Source: an uncultured delta proteobacterium (GTDB lineage Bacteria > Desulfobacterota > Syntrophia > Syntrophales > UBA2185). From it: a DNA stretch of 64,000 nucleotides. The notes under the pieces are model-generated. The model was not told where the DNA came from and made no database searches. It worked only from the letters and a program-made list of their open reading frames with translations. The translations under genes were made by a program, and so were the position numbers. The stretch is from NCBI GenBank assembly GCA_963729715.1, contig CAVSPA010000012.1:1-64000 (forward strand), read 5' to 3'. This document shows positions 31,534-40,886 of this stretch, in pieces. Positions within the stretch are counted from its first letter, which is position 1, and each line of letters begins with the position of its first letter.

Positions 31534-31896
31534 TATCCCGGTTAGATGTCATATCAAGAAGAATAACGGCTTGCAAAACCTAGCCCTAAGTAAATCACAT
31601 TGAACGCGTAATTACCACCAATTTCGGAGTCACGCAATAGAAAGATGCAGCTTTCAAAAAATCGGAAAGCTTGGTATACGTCACCATATTTTTATATTTA
31701 GAATCTTACGGTATGCTTGTAATGGTTATGCCGGATGGAGCCAGGGCTGATTAAAATCTATCGGCCAAGCACGAAGTCTGAAACTAATGCGAACACAGAA
31801 AGCTAGCTTTTACCAGGACAAAAAAGTTCAGAATTTTGACGTGCGAATTTGAGTAGTGCAGAATTGAAGATATCTCTCGATAGGAATTATTAGTTT

Positions 31897-32688
31897 ATGG
31901 ATGAGAGTACTAATTTTATAATAGCGGTAGCAAGAGAAGCAGGAATATTCTTGAAGGGCAGGCTCAATGAGAAACATGCAATAAACTATAAAGGGGAAAT
32001 AAACATTGTCACCCAAGAGGATCGGCTTTCTGAAGGGATGATTATTTCCAGGATTCGCGAGAGATATCCCAATCATGACATCCTTGCTGAAGAGTCGGCA
32101 CAAACGGCGCGAGCTTCGGAATACCGATGGATAATCGATCCCCTGGATGGAACGACGAATTACGCTCACGGGTATCCGGTTTTCTGCGTATCCATTGCTT
32201 TTGAAAGAGCTGATGAAATCCATGCAGGTGTTATTTACAATCCCATGTTGGACGAAATGTTTGTGTCGGAAAAAGGGAAGGGTGCTTTCCTGAATGGTCG
32301 GAAAATCACAGTATCAAATACGGCCGATCTTTCCCGGAGTCTACTGGCTACCGGTTTTCCTTATGACATAAGATCTGACAGAAACAATAACATCAATTAT
32401 TTTAACGGTATGGCGAAAAGTGCCCAGGCTATTCGCAGGGCCGGCTCCGCCGCTCTCGATATGGCCTATATTGCGGCAGGCCGTTTTGATGGATTTTGGG
32501 AACTGAAGCTCATGCCGTGGGATACTGCTGCCGGGTGGCTTATGATCAGTGAATCGGGAGGTATTGTTACGGATCTCTTCGGCAGTGCATTTCATCTTGA
32601 GGCTCCGCATATCCTGGCCACAAATGGAAAGATACACCGAGACATGGTTGAGCTGCTTAAAAAGATTGATGGGGAGACCGTCTCCTGA
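31897..32688 (+). CDS. suhB: Inositol monophosphatase family protein SuhB
   Basis: Motifs WIIDPLDGTTNY, RRAGSAALD and PWDTAAG. Confidence 0.95.
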   Translation: MDESTNFIIAVAREAGIFLKGRLNEKHAINYKGEINIVTQEDRLSEGMIISRIRERYPNHDILAEESAQTARASEYRWIIDPLDGTTNYAHGYPVFCVSIAFERADEIHAGVIYNPMLDEMFVSEKGKGAFLNGRKITVSNTADLSRSLLATGFPYDIRSDRNNNINYFNGMAKSAQAIRRAGSAALDMAYIAAGRFDGFWELKLMPWDTAAGWLMISESGGIVTDLFGSAFHLEAPHILATNGKIHRDMVELLKKIDGETVS

Positions 32689-32870
32689 CTTAGCCCTCTC
32701 AGAGATTCACTTGCCTCAATTGCGATGAACAAACGATTCCCGTGCCTGTAAATTGCGGCAGGAGCAAACCTCAACCGGCAGCTGACAATGTGAACATCTA
32801 TTTTACTTTCATAAAACGAATGGCCAATGTATTATTTTTACAAACGCTGTAACGGGCCAAATTTTCTCTC

Positions 32871-34448
32871 ATGATTCTTATATATCCACCGGTTGTTAAA
32901 CCCTGTGAACCGCCAGCGGGACTGGCGAAGCTCGCAGGTGTCATGCATGACCATGACATCCGCTGCAAAGTAATTGATGCTAATTTGGAGGGTATCTCGA
33001 GCCTCCTTTCTGCATGCGAAATAGGGAGAGATTCCCCCCAAACGCTAACGACTGAGAGTAACAGAGGTACGATTCCTAAAAATTCATTGAATACTTGGAC
33101 GAACCGTTCATTTCATAACCTGGGAAGCAATATTGCCGCTTTAAGCTCTTGGGAGACCTATAAGAATGTTGATCGTTATAAACGGGCGGTAGCAGACATC
33201 AACAGGGTTCTCGAGGTAGCGGCATCGGAGAGCGGTGTGCATCTGAGTCTCGCTAATTACCTTGATCGGAATCTCTCTCCGGTCAGAAGTGCGGATTTGA
33301 TAAGAGCTTCTGAAACACCCGAACGCAATCCCTTCTATGGATATTTCAAGAAGCGTCTTGGAACGGCGCTGGAGCAGGAATGCCCTGCCATTGTGGGATT
33401 TTCACTAAACTATCTCAGCCAGGCGCTGTGCACCTTTGCCATGATCGGCTTCTTGAAACGGGAATACCCCGGCATCAGGGTCGTCTTGGGCGGCGGGCTG
33501 GTCACATCGTGGATGCGGCGGGATGGATGGTCGAATCCATTTGGCGGCCTCGTTGACGATCTGGTGGCAGGGCCGGGAGAGGCCGCGCTTCTTTCAATTC
33601 ACTGTACTGCCTCTCGGCAGGCGCATCATGCTCCCGATTATGATGTATCATCCATGAACAACTATCTGGCTCCGGGTTCGGTCTTGCCTTACAGTGCATC
33701 GAGTGGCTGCTACTGGAGCCGTTGTTCCTTCTGTCCCGAAAGGGCGGAGGGAAGTCCGTATGCACCCGTACCCGTGGACCGGGTACTCGAGGATATCAGC
33801 AACCTTGCCGAAAAAACAAAACCCGCTCTCGTCCATCTCCTGGACAATGCCATTAGTCCGGCACTACTGACGGGTATGGCGGCATCATCATTCAGCATTC
33901 CATGGTATGGATTTGTGAGAATATCCTCGCAGCTGACGGACCTTGATTTCTGCCGGGCGCTGAAACGATCCGGTTGCGTCATGCTGCAGGTCGGACTGGA
34001 ATCGGGGGACCAGGATGTTCTGGACAGTATGCAAAAGGGATTTGATCTCGCGACAGCTTCCGCTGCCTTGAAGACGGTGAAGAAGGCCGGTATCGCAGCC
34101 TACGTCTACCTGATTTTTGGAACTCCGTGGGAAACAGTTGCTGAGGCGCGTAAAACCCTCGATTTTGCAGTCGGGCACAGTAGAGAGATCGATTTTCTCA
34201 ACCTTGCAATTTTCAACCTCCCGGCCAATAGTCCGGAGGTTCGGGAACTCAGGGTCAGTGATTTTTATGAAGGTGACCTGTCGCTTTACCGGAGTTTTTT
34301 TCATCCGAGAGGGTGGAAAAGAAGTCTTGTGAGGCAATTCCTTGACAGGGAATTTAAGAAACATCCTTCCATTGCTTCCATATTGAGGAAATCGCCCCCC
34401 GTATTTACGTCCAATCATGCCCCCTTTTTTATCATGAAGGCTCGCTAA
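32871..34448 (+). CDS. B12-binding-domain radical SAM protein
   Basis: N-terminal LIYPP...EPPAGLA.L, GCYWSRCSFC cluster motif, and GLESGDQ.VL..M.KG. Confidence 0.9.
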   Translation: MILIYPPVVKPCEPPAGLAKLAGVMHDHDIRCKVIDANLEGISSLLSACEIGRDSPQTLTTESNRGTIPKNSLNTWTNRSFHNLGSNIAALSSWETYKNVDRYKRAVADINRVLEVAASESGVHLSLANYLDRNLSPVRSADLIRASETPERNPFYGYFKKRLGTALEQECPAIVGFSLNYLSQALCTFAMIGFLKREYPGIRVVLGGGLVTSWMRRDGWSNPFGGLVDDLVAGPGEAALLSIHCTASRQAHHAPDYDVSSMNNYLAPGSVLPYSASSGCYWSRCSFCPERAEGSPYAPVPVDRVLEDISNLAEKTKPALVHLLDNAISPALLTGMAASSFSIPWYGFVRISSQLTDLDFCRALKRSGCVMLQVGLESGDQDVLDSMQKGFDLATASAALKTVKKAGIAAYVYLIFGTPWETVAEARKTLDFAVGHSREIDFLNLAIFNLPANSPEVRELRVSDFYEGDLSLYRSFFHPRGWKRSLVRQFLDREFKKHPSIASILRKSPPVFTSNHAPFFIMKAR

Positions 34449-34552
34449 ATATTTGTTCTATGAACACCTTTGTCTTCGCCTTAGGGCTCAAAATATTATA
34501 TTGATTTATCTGGAGCTGTTCATTAAGATTACGGGCAATTAGTTGGAATTAA

Positions 34553-34568
34553 AGGCACAAAAATTGCA
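34553..34568 (+). promoter_or_regulatory. Sigma54 -24/-12 promoter
   Basis: AGGCAC-AAAAA-TTGCA, with correct GG-N10-GC spacing, about 80 nt upstream of the HTH gene. Confidence 0.65.
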
Positions 34569-34645
34569 ATGTTTTTATGGGATAGGAAAAGATAGGCAGT
34601 GAAAAATGGGCAGTTCATGATTCGTTTTCCTCAAGGGAAAAGGTA

Positions 34646-35191
34646 ATGGAAAAAATTTCTATTGTTAGAAGGCGAAGAAACGGGGTTTTTGAGCCCCGAG
34701 GGCAGCAGCAACCTGAAATAGGTTCACAATTGCTTCACGGGCAGGAATTGATCGAGATTCCGTCCAGCGTGTTGAATGAAAGTCCGAGGTGCCTGAGGGA
34801 AGTGTCGCACGGTTTGGAAGAACCGGACAAGGATATTAATGACGCGATTTCTGTTAATCTGACTCCCGAACAGTATGATCTCGTTAAGTCAAACCGTTAT
34901 GTAAAATATTTCCTGAACGGAGACTCAACAGGCGTATCTTTGGATATACAAAAACACACAGAAGGGCAGATTATTTTCAATTTCCAATTCAAGAAAGTAG
35001 ATATTGTGAGAATGCTCAAGGCGAAACATGTCTGTCAGATGCTGCAGATCAGCAACAGCCTGCTCATGAACCTGGTCAAGTCAAAGAAGATCAGAAGCTT
35101 CAGGGTTGGCAGGCTCAGACGCTTCTTATTGCAAGACGTTCTTGATTATCTCTCAAGGAGTGAAGAGCTTACTGAAAGCTCTGAATTATAG
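34646..35191 (+). CDS. Protein with a C-terminal excisionase-like HTH (HTH_17) domain
   Basis: ML.AK.VCQMLQIS...L.NLVKS.KI.SFRVGRLRRF...DV.DYL at the C-terminus; N-terminal region unrecognised. Confidence 0.8.
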   Translation: MEKISIVRRRRNGVFEPRGQQQPEIGSQLLHGQELIEIPSSVLNESPRCLREVSHGLEEPDKDINDAISVNLTPEQYDLVKSNRYVKYFLNGDSTGVSLDIQKHTEGQIIFNFQFKKVDIVRMLKAKHVCQMLQISNSLLMNLVKSKKIRSFRVGRLRRFLLQDVLDYLSRSEELTESSEL

Positions 35192-35243
35192 AACTTTAAT
35201 AGTTTCAAGTGTCTCATTCAGCCAGCAAGGAGGTTATGAATCT

Positions 35244-36533
35244 ATGTATTACGAGTACTGGGGTCTGCAGAAACCGCCTTTTGACAACGTCCCTGACCCG
35301 ACGATGTACTCAGATTCTCATTCTTCAATGGAGAACGCCATTGCAGAAACTCTATTTGCCATTGATGAAGGGAATGAATGCATTGCGGTGATTGTAGGTG
35401 ATGTAGGTCTGGGTAAAACCTTGTCACTGCGGATTATTATTGATTCTCTCGATCATGAAAAATATAAGATTGCACTCGTTACAAATCCGGATATGTCGTT
35501 CATCGAGCTCTTGAGGGAAATCATTGGCCAACTCACCGGCAGGAAGTGCGAAGAGAGAAGAAAAATTGATCTCCTCGAAAAATTTAACAAAATTTTGTTT
35601 GACACTATAGATTCAGGTAAAAAGGTTTTGATATTTATCGATGAGGCAAATGCAATATCTCCCACCAATCTGGAAAGCCTCAGATTACTCACGAATATGC
35701 AGGATGACCAGAGGAATTTATTCACCATCGTGCTTGCAGGCCAGTTGGAACTGGCTCGGAGGCTGGAACACCCGAAGCGCGCCAACCTTTTGCAACGCAT
35801 AGGGACGTTGAGCAGGATTGATAAGATAGAATCTGAGAATCTCTTAAAGGGGTACGTTGAAACCCGGCTGAAGCTCGCAGGAGGAGCGAGGCAGATTTTT
35901 GCTGATGATGCATATGGTTTTTTGTGGGAGTATTCTGAACACGGTGTTCCCCGTCTGATAAATAAGATGTGCAAATTATCATTGAAGGCGGGGGAGACAA
36001 ATGAGTTTATGCTGATTTCAGGGGAAGTTGTTCGTCAGATCGGCGAGCGCTTCCGACACTTGACGGGGCCTGCCATCCCGAAGAGGAAGCCGAGAAAGCG
36101 GCCCGAAAGTGAGGTTGTCGCAGAAGCAGTGGAAAAAGAATCGGTACAGGTTTCCGACGATCCCGGGGTGCTTTCCGTTGAAGCCTTTAAGGAGCGACGC
36201 CGTTCCAGAGACGTCGAAGGGTTACAAGAAAAGGAGATCATCGCAGAAATGGCGGGGCCTGCGGAAGCGCCTGCACCCTCTCCCGAAGCGCATATGCTCA
36301 AAAAGGACATTAGTGCAGAAGTGGAGGTAGGCGGTTTGAAGTTTGCCGTGAATATTCCCCACCACATTTTCAAACAGGCCCAATCGTCCACTCATGAGCA
36401 TCGGATGAAGATTGCCGGCGCTCTCGCCGCGCAGATCATGAAAAAACATGAAGAGCTTATAGCTGCACCGTCAGTTGATCCTATTTCCATGTGGAGTGAT
36501 CTGCGTGAGTTTGTCGTGAGCAGGCTCAAATGA
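35244..36533 (+). CDS. ExeA/GspA-family AAA ATPase with an unrecognised C-terminal domain
   Basis: MYYEYWGL.KPPFDNVPDP start, Walker A GDVGLGKT, Walker B IFIDEAN, LAGQ.EL and GVPRLINKMC. Confidence 0.9.
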   Translation: MYYEYWGLQKPPFDNVPDPTMYSDSHSSMENAIAETLFAIDEGNECIAVIVGDVGLGKTLSLRIIIDSLDHEKYKIALVTNPDMSFIELLREIIGQLTGRKCEERRKIDLLEKFNKILFDTIDSGKKVLIFIDEANAISPTNLESLRLLTNMQDDQRNLFTIVLAGQLELARRLEHPKRANLLQRIGTLSRIDKIESENLLKGYVETRLKLAGGARQIFADDAYGFLWEYSEHGVPRLINKMCKLSLKAGETNEFMLISGEVVRQIGERFRHLTGPAIPKRKPRKRPESEVVAEAVEKESVQVSDDPGVLSVEAFKERRRSRDVEGLQEKEIIAEMAGPAEAPAPSPEAHMLKKDISAEVEVGGLKFAVNIPHHIFKQAQSSTHEHRMKIAGALAAQIMKKHEELIAAPSVDPISMWSDLREFVVSRLK

Positions 36534-36573
36534 GAGGGCGGGAAAAATCCTTCCGGTCTCTTCATCACGGATT

Positions 36574-37470
36574 TTACTTTGTAAGCTCGTGGAGAAGGTA
36601 TTGAGCCCTTGGCTTTTGCGGATTTATGGAAAGGATAAAGTGAAGCCGCCGGATTAGTTCCTCCTTCTTTCTGCTGTCCGGGTTTGTATGGTAAGCCTGA
36701 TACTCAATCTGAGCGAGATTAATATTAGCTTCTTCTTGATAGGGGTTTAGCGCAAGCGATTTCTGGTAAGCCGTAATTGCTTCTTCAGGTTGGCCCGTGA
36801 TTTCAAAAATAGACCCCAAATTATTCCATGCCTCGGGGTTCTTTTTATCGATCGACAAGACATTCTTAAAGAACCCAATGCCCTTGTTATAGTCGCCTAA
36901 CTGGACATACAGGGTCCCCAGGTTAAAGAGGACTTTGACATGGGAGGGATCTCTTTCGAGGACGCCTTGATATTCCTGTATTGCTTCATCGAACATATCG
37001 TGGCGGTCATAGAGAAGTGCAAGAAAGAATCGCGGTGTCACTGCATCGGGGTCAGCTTCAATGGCTTTCTTATACTGTTCTACGGCTCTGTGATAATCTC
37101 CTTCCAATTCGAAGACGTGGCCTATATTAAACATCGCTTCAATATTGCCCGGGCTGAGTATGAGCGCCCGTTCATACATCTGCCGCGCACGTCCCAACCT
37201 TCCCATTCTCTCGTAGACATAACCGAGGTTGTTGTAAGCTTCGGGATTATTTGGTTCGAGTTTAGCGACCCTCTCTAAACATATCAGGGCCCAGTCGTAA
37301 TCTTCTCTCTGGAGATAAATAAACCCGAGATTTACATATGCATCCGTAAACCTTGGATCAAGGATGATACTTTTTTTGTATGCTTCTATTGCCTTATCGG
37401 ATTGCGGATCGAGAAGGTCATATCTGCACCCCTCCATGAACCATTCCCTGGCTGGATTCTTTTCATCCAT
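36574..37470 (-). CDS. Tetratricopeptide repeat protein
   Basis: About seven 34-aa repeats such as DAYVNLG, EAYNNLG, EAMFNIG and EAWNNLG. Confidence 0.92.
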   Translation of the reverse strand: MDEKNPAREWFMEGCRYDLLDPQSDKAIEAYKKSIILDPRFTDAYVNLGFIYLQREDYDWALICLERVAKLEPNNPEAYNNLGYVYERMGRLGRARQMYERALILSPGNIEAMFNIGHVFELEGDYHRAVEQYKKAIEADPDAVTPRFFLALLYDRHDMFDEAIQEYQGVLERDPSHVKVLFNLGTLYVQLGDYNKGIGFFKNVLSIDKKNPEAWNNLGSIFEITGQPEEAITAYQKSLALNPYQEEANINLAQIEYQAYHTNPDSRKKEELIRRLHFILSINPQKPRAQYLLHELTK

Positions 37471-37702
37471 TGAATCACGCCCCTGTTACGAAACAAATTC
37501 TTACACAAGATAAGTTAAGGTTACCTATCAACTTTAATCAATTCCTGTCAAGATTAATAGTCGGCATATTTGTCTAATTTCTTGAATTCGGTAGCGAGCG
37601 CAAACACCTTCGCTTGCTGCGTGGTAAGCGAGTGAATGCCGAACGATACTTTTCCTTAAGAATCGAAGATTTTCCGCAGCTTGCTGTGGAGAGCTTCAAT
37701 GC

Positions 37703-38863
37703 TCACTTTTCGGGCTGTGACTTTGCTATTTCCTCTTCCGTTAAATAACATGCTGGATCGGCAGCCCATATGTCTCCCGTTACCGCTTCCGCCCTCGCCC
37801 GAAAATTTCCACCGCAAATATCGAGCCAGCGGCAGTCGGCGCATCTGCCTTTCACGTATTTCTTTCTGTCTTTAAGCTTAAACATCAGCTCGTTTGAAGT
37901 ATCTATCCAGATCGTGCTGAAAGGACGCTCTCTCACGTTTCCAAACGTGACTCCCCTCCAGAACTGATCGGCATGCACTTCCCCATCCCAGCTCACGCAG
38001 CCGATGCCGCTTCCGGAACTATTGCCCTCATTTACCATGAGGAGTGACATAGCTTCCCTCGCTCTTTCGGAATCCTCTTCCAGCAGGCGCATGTAGACAT
38101 AGGGTCCATCGGCATGGTTATCTACCGTAAGTATCTCTTTGGGCTTTCCCCGGTCGAAGAGGTCTATGGTTTTGTCCATGATAAGATCCAGGACTCGTCT
38201 CTTCTCATCTTGGGAGAGGTCTTCTTTGGCCAGTTTCGAACCGCGGCCGGAATAGACTAAGTGATAAAAACATGCCCGGGGTATGTTTTCCTTCTCCATG
38301 AGTTCGAAGAGGGCAGGAATATCCGCAACATTCTTTCTGTTCATGGTAACACGCATTCCCACTTTGATTCCTTCATCCCTGCAGATTCTGATTCCCCTCA
38401 GGGCCATCTCAAAAGCTCCCTTTACGCCCCGAAAGCCGTCGTGGGTTTTCTCCATCCCGTCGATACTTACACCAATATAGGAAACACCGATTTTGTTGAA
38501 TGTATATGCCAGTTCTCTTGTAAGCAGGGTTCCGTTGGTCGATAAAACAACCCTCATACCCTGATCTACAGCGAACTCGGCCAGTTCAGGGAGATCCTCC
38601 CTTATCATAGGCTCACCGCCTGAAAAAAGGAGGACCGGTGATCCAAAGGAGGCAAGATCGGATATCAGCTTTCTCCCCTCGTCTGTGGTCAATTCATTGT
38701 TGTATCTGATGTTTTGTGAGCTTGAGTAACAGTGCATGCAGTTGAGATTACACCGTCTGGTCATGTTCCAGACTACCACAGGCCGTTTGTGCTTCTCTCC
38801 TCCATAGCGGAGCGAGTCCATAGTTTCTGCTTTGCCGCAGCATAGCCTCGAGATACTTATCAT
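37703..38863 (-). CDS. ahbC: Radical SAM/SPASM enzyme AhbC (NirJ1-type, alternative heme biosynthesis)
   Basis: MI.ISRL.CG....D.LRYG, PVVVWNMTRRCNL.C.HCY, EILTVDNHADG, GNSSG.GIG, and SPASM C..C.W..ICGGNFRARA...DPACYL. Confidence 0.88.
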   Translation of the reverse strand: MISISRLCCGKAETMDSLRYGGEKHKRPVVVWNMTRRCNLNCMHCYSSSQNIRYNNELTTDEGRKLISDLASFGSPVLLFSGGEPMIREDLPELAEFAVDQGMRVVLSTNGTLLTRELAYTFNKIGVSYIGVSIDGMEKTHDGFRGVKGAFEMALRGIRICRDEGIKVGMRVTMNRKNVADIPALFELMEKENIPRACFYHLVYSGRGSKLAKEDLSQDEKRRVLDLIMDKTIDLFDRGKPKEILTVDNHADGPYVYMRLLEEDSERAREAMSLLMVNEGNSSGSGIGCVSWDGEVHADQFWRGVTFGNVRERPFSTIWIDTSNELMFKLKDRKKYVKGRCADCRWLDICGGNFRARAEAVTGDIWAADPACYLTEEEIAKSQPEK

Positions 38864-39136
38864 ATTTGCCTCAGAGCCTCAGTTCATACCCTCCGCCAGA
38901 GACACGTTCTTAGCCACTTGTTGAGAAGTAATGTCCACAGGTTAGATGCTGGTCTGGGGGGGCAGATTCTTCTATCGGTGTTCACGCATGTATAATATTT
39001 TAGTCTATCGCCAAAATACTTGCAAGGTATTATAGCTAAGCGCACCGTGCCGCTATCGGATACCTCTCAAGACATTCTGCGGATGCCATCACTTCACGAC
39101 CACGACGATGATGCGCGGGGGAGGTCTAAGGAAAAT

Positions 39137-40717
39137 TTATATGTGGACGTTTATTTCCCGTCTCTCCAGGCGTCTTTCCGAGAAAAAAACCTGATCATTC
39201 AGTAATTCCCAGGCACGTTCCTTGCTGAAATCGGAAACATGTCCATCCTCGATGACTACGACGCCCTGGTCCCTGAGGTCCAATAAGACCTGTTGAATCT
39301 CAACCGGCTCTTTTCTCGTATACATGGCGAGTTCATGAAGGGAGTCGCCGTCGTCCGGCATGGGCCACTTCATGAGAAAATATAGGACGGTAATTAGTCT
39401 GGTCCAGGCTTGGGCAAGTTCGCCCAAGGCGTTGCCCGTTTCCCTGATTCTGATTGAAAATTCTTTGAGCATAAAAAGAGACACGTCGCCGCTTTCCCTC
39501 AACAGGCTGCGAAAGGTCTCCTCGTCGATCACAGCCACATTGCTGTCCTCCGTCGCTTGTACAGAAGCGGTACGAGGTGCTTCGATCAACGCCGCCATTT
39601 CACCGAAGTATTCTCCCGGTCCCATTTCGGCAAGGACCTTCTTTATCTGGCCGGCAGTTTTCTCCACGCGCATGTTACCCATGAGGATGTAGTACATTTC
39701 CTGTCCGGTGTCTCCCTGTCTGAAAACATAGGTGTCTTTGGGATACATGCGGCCGAATTTCCTAAACAGGCGTTCCTCGATTTTCATAATTTTCTTTCTG
39801 GGCTTTAAGAAGGCCTTTTCAAGGAGGATCAGATTTCTTCTCTGGTAAGAAGAAATAAGCTCCGCGCAGAATAGGAGGATTAATGCCACATAGAAAACCC
39901 AGAGCACAAGAATGACCACGGTTTCCAGCGAACCAAATATCAGATTATATTTTTTATCATCGGACACATACCAGGTAAAAAAATGTTTAGCAATTTCCAT
40001 TAAGACTGAAAAGATGGCAGCACCGGTCAGTGCACTGCCCCAGCTCACTTTTCCCGTGGGAATTATCTTATAGACAATCGTAAAAAATGCAACCGTCAGC
40101 ATATACGGCAGTACATAGCGAAATACCGCTCCGTGCAAGAAGGTAATAATCATGAACTCATTGCTGAAAAGAGGAGGTTGTTTCACAACGGTTGTTGAAA
40201 TATATGTAATCCCCACACTGGCGACGCCCACAGCCCACCCCATGGGAATCATGGCAATGGCAAGGAGGTTTGATACGACATAATTTCGCTGGCCCCTCGA
40301 GCGGAAAATCATGTTCATGGCCGTCTCCATAGCACTAAAGATCATAGCAGAAGACCATATCAGACTTATGATCCCGACCCAGCCCAGGAGTTGCTTTTTT
40401 TGCTCCATAGGGCCCAGTTGGGACAGAAGGGATTCTGAGATGTAAGGATGAAAACCCCGGATTTTTTCAATGACCTCGTTCTGAATGTTCGGGTGTGAGC
40501 TGAATATATAGCTTGCCACCAGCAGGGTTAAAATGAAAAGAGGGATAAAAGAGAGCATCGCATACAGCGAAATGGCTGCAGCCTGATTGGTATTGCCGTT
40601 GGCCTGAAAATTTTTTATCGCGTCACCGAGTATGTCCCATGCTGTTGCAAGAACGAGATGGGGCCGTTCCATCTTACTCTTCAATTTATCGTATTTAGAT
40701 TTTGTTTTTTCGGACAT
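39137..40717 (-). CDS. YihY/BrkB-family membrane protein fused to a cyclic-nucleotide-binding domain
   Basis: YihY motifs AAAISLYA.LS.IP, A.N.I, FT..YK.IP, Y..IFGSL, LWVFY...I.L..AE; then F.QGD.G.EMY.I..G..FGEMA...PRTAS. Confidence 0.9.
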   Translation of the reverse strand: MSEKTKSKYDKLKSKMERPHLVLATAWDILGDAIKNFQANGNTNQAAAISLYAMLSFIPLFILTLLVASYIFSSHPNIQNEVIEKIRGFHPYISESLLSQLGPMEQKKQLLGWVGIISLIWSSAMIFSAMETAMNMIFRSRGQRNYVVSNLLAIAMIPMGWAVGVASVGITYISTTVVKQPPLFSNEFMIITFLHGAVFRYVLPYMLTVAFFTIVYKIIPTGKVSWGSALTGAAIFSVLMEIAKHFFTWYVSDDKKYNLIFGSLETVVILVLWVFYVALILLFCAELISSYQRRNLILLEKAFLKPRKKIMKIEERLFRKFGRMYPKDTYVFRQGDTGQEMYYILMGNMRVEKTAGQIKKVLAEMGPGEYFGEMAALIEAPRTASVQATEDSNVAVIDEETFRSLLRESGDVSLFMLKEFSIRIRETGNALGELAQAWTRLITVLYFLMKWPMPDDGDSLHELAMYTRKEPVEIQQVLLDLRDQGVVVIEDGHVSDFSKERAWELLNDQVFFSERRLERREINVHI

Positions 40718-40850
40718 GGCTTATGATTTTTTGGAGAGGCTGTACTGTTACTGCATTACGGACGTTCCTCTGTGGAAAATGGAATGCAAGCCGAGAAGAC
40801 TATATGAAAGAGGCTTGGGTGTGTCAAGTTCAAAAGAGCGCATAATTTCG

Positions 40851-40879
40851 TTGAAAAGGTCTTTTGTATCCTGTAATCT
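40851..40879 (+). promoter_or_regulatory. Sigma70 promoter positioned for a leaderless transcript
   Basis: TTGAAA-17 bp-TAATCT; the ATG is 7 nt after the -10 and there is no SD. Confidence 0.55.
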
Positions 40880-40886
40880 TCCTGCC

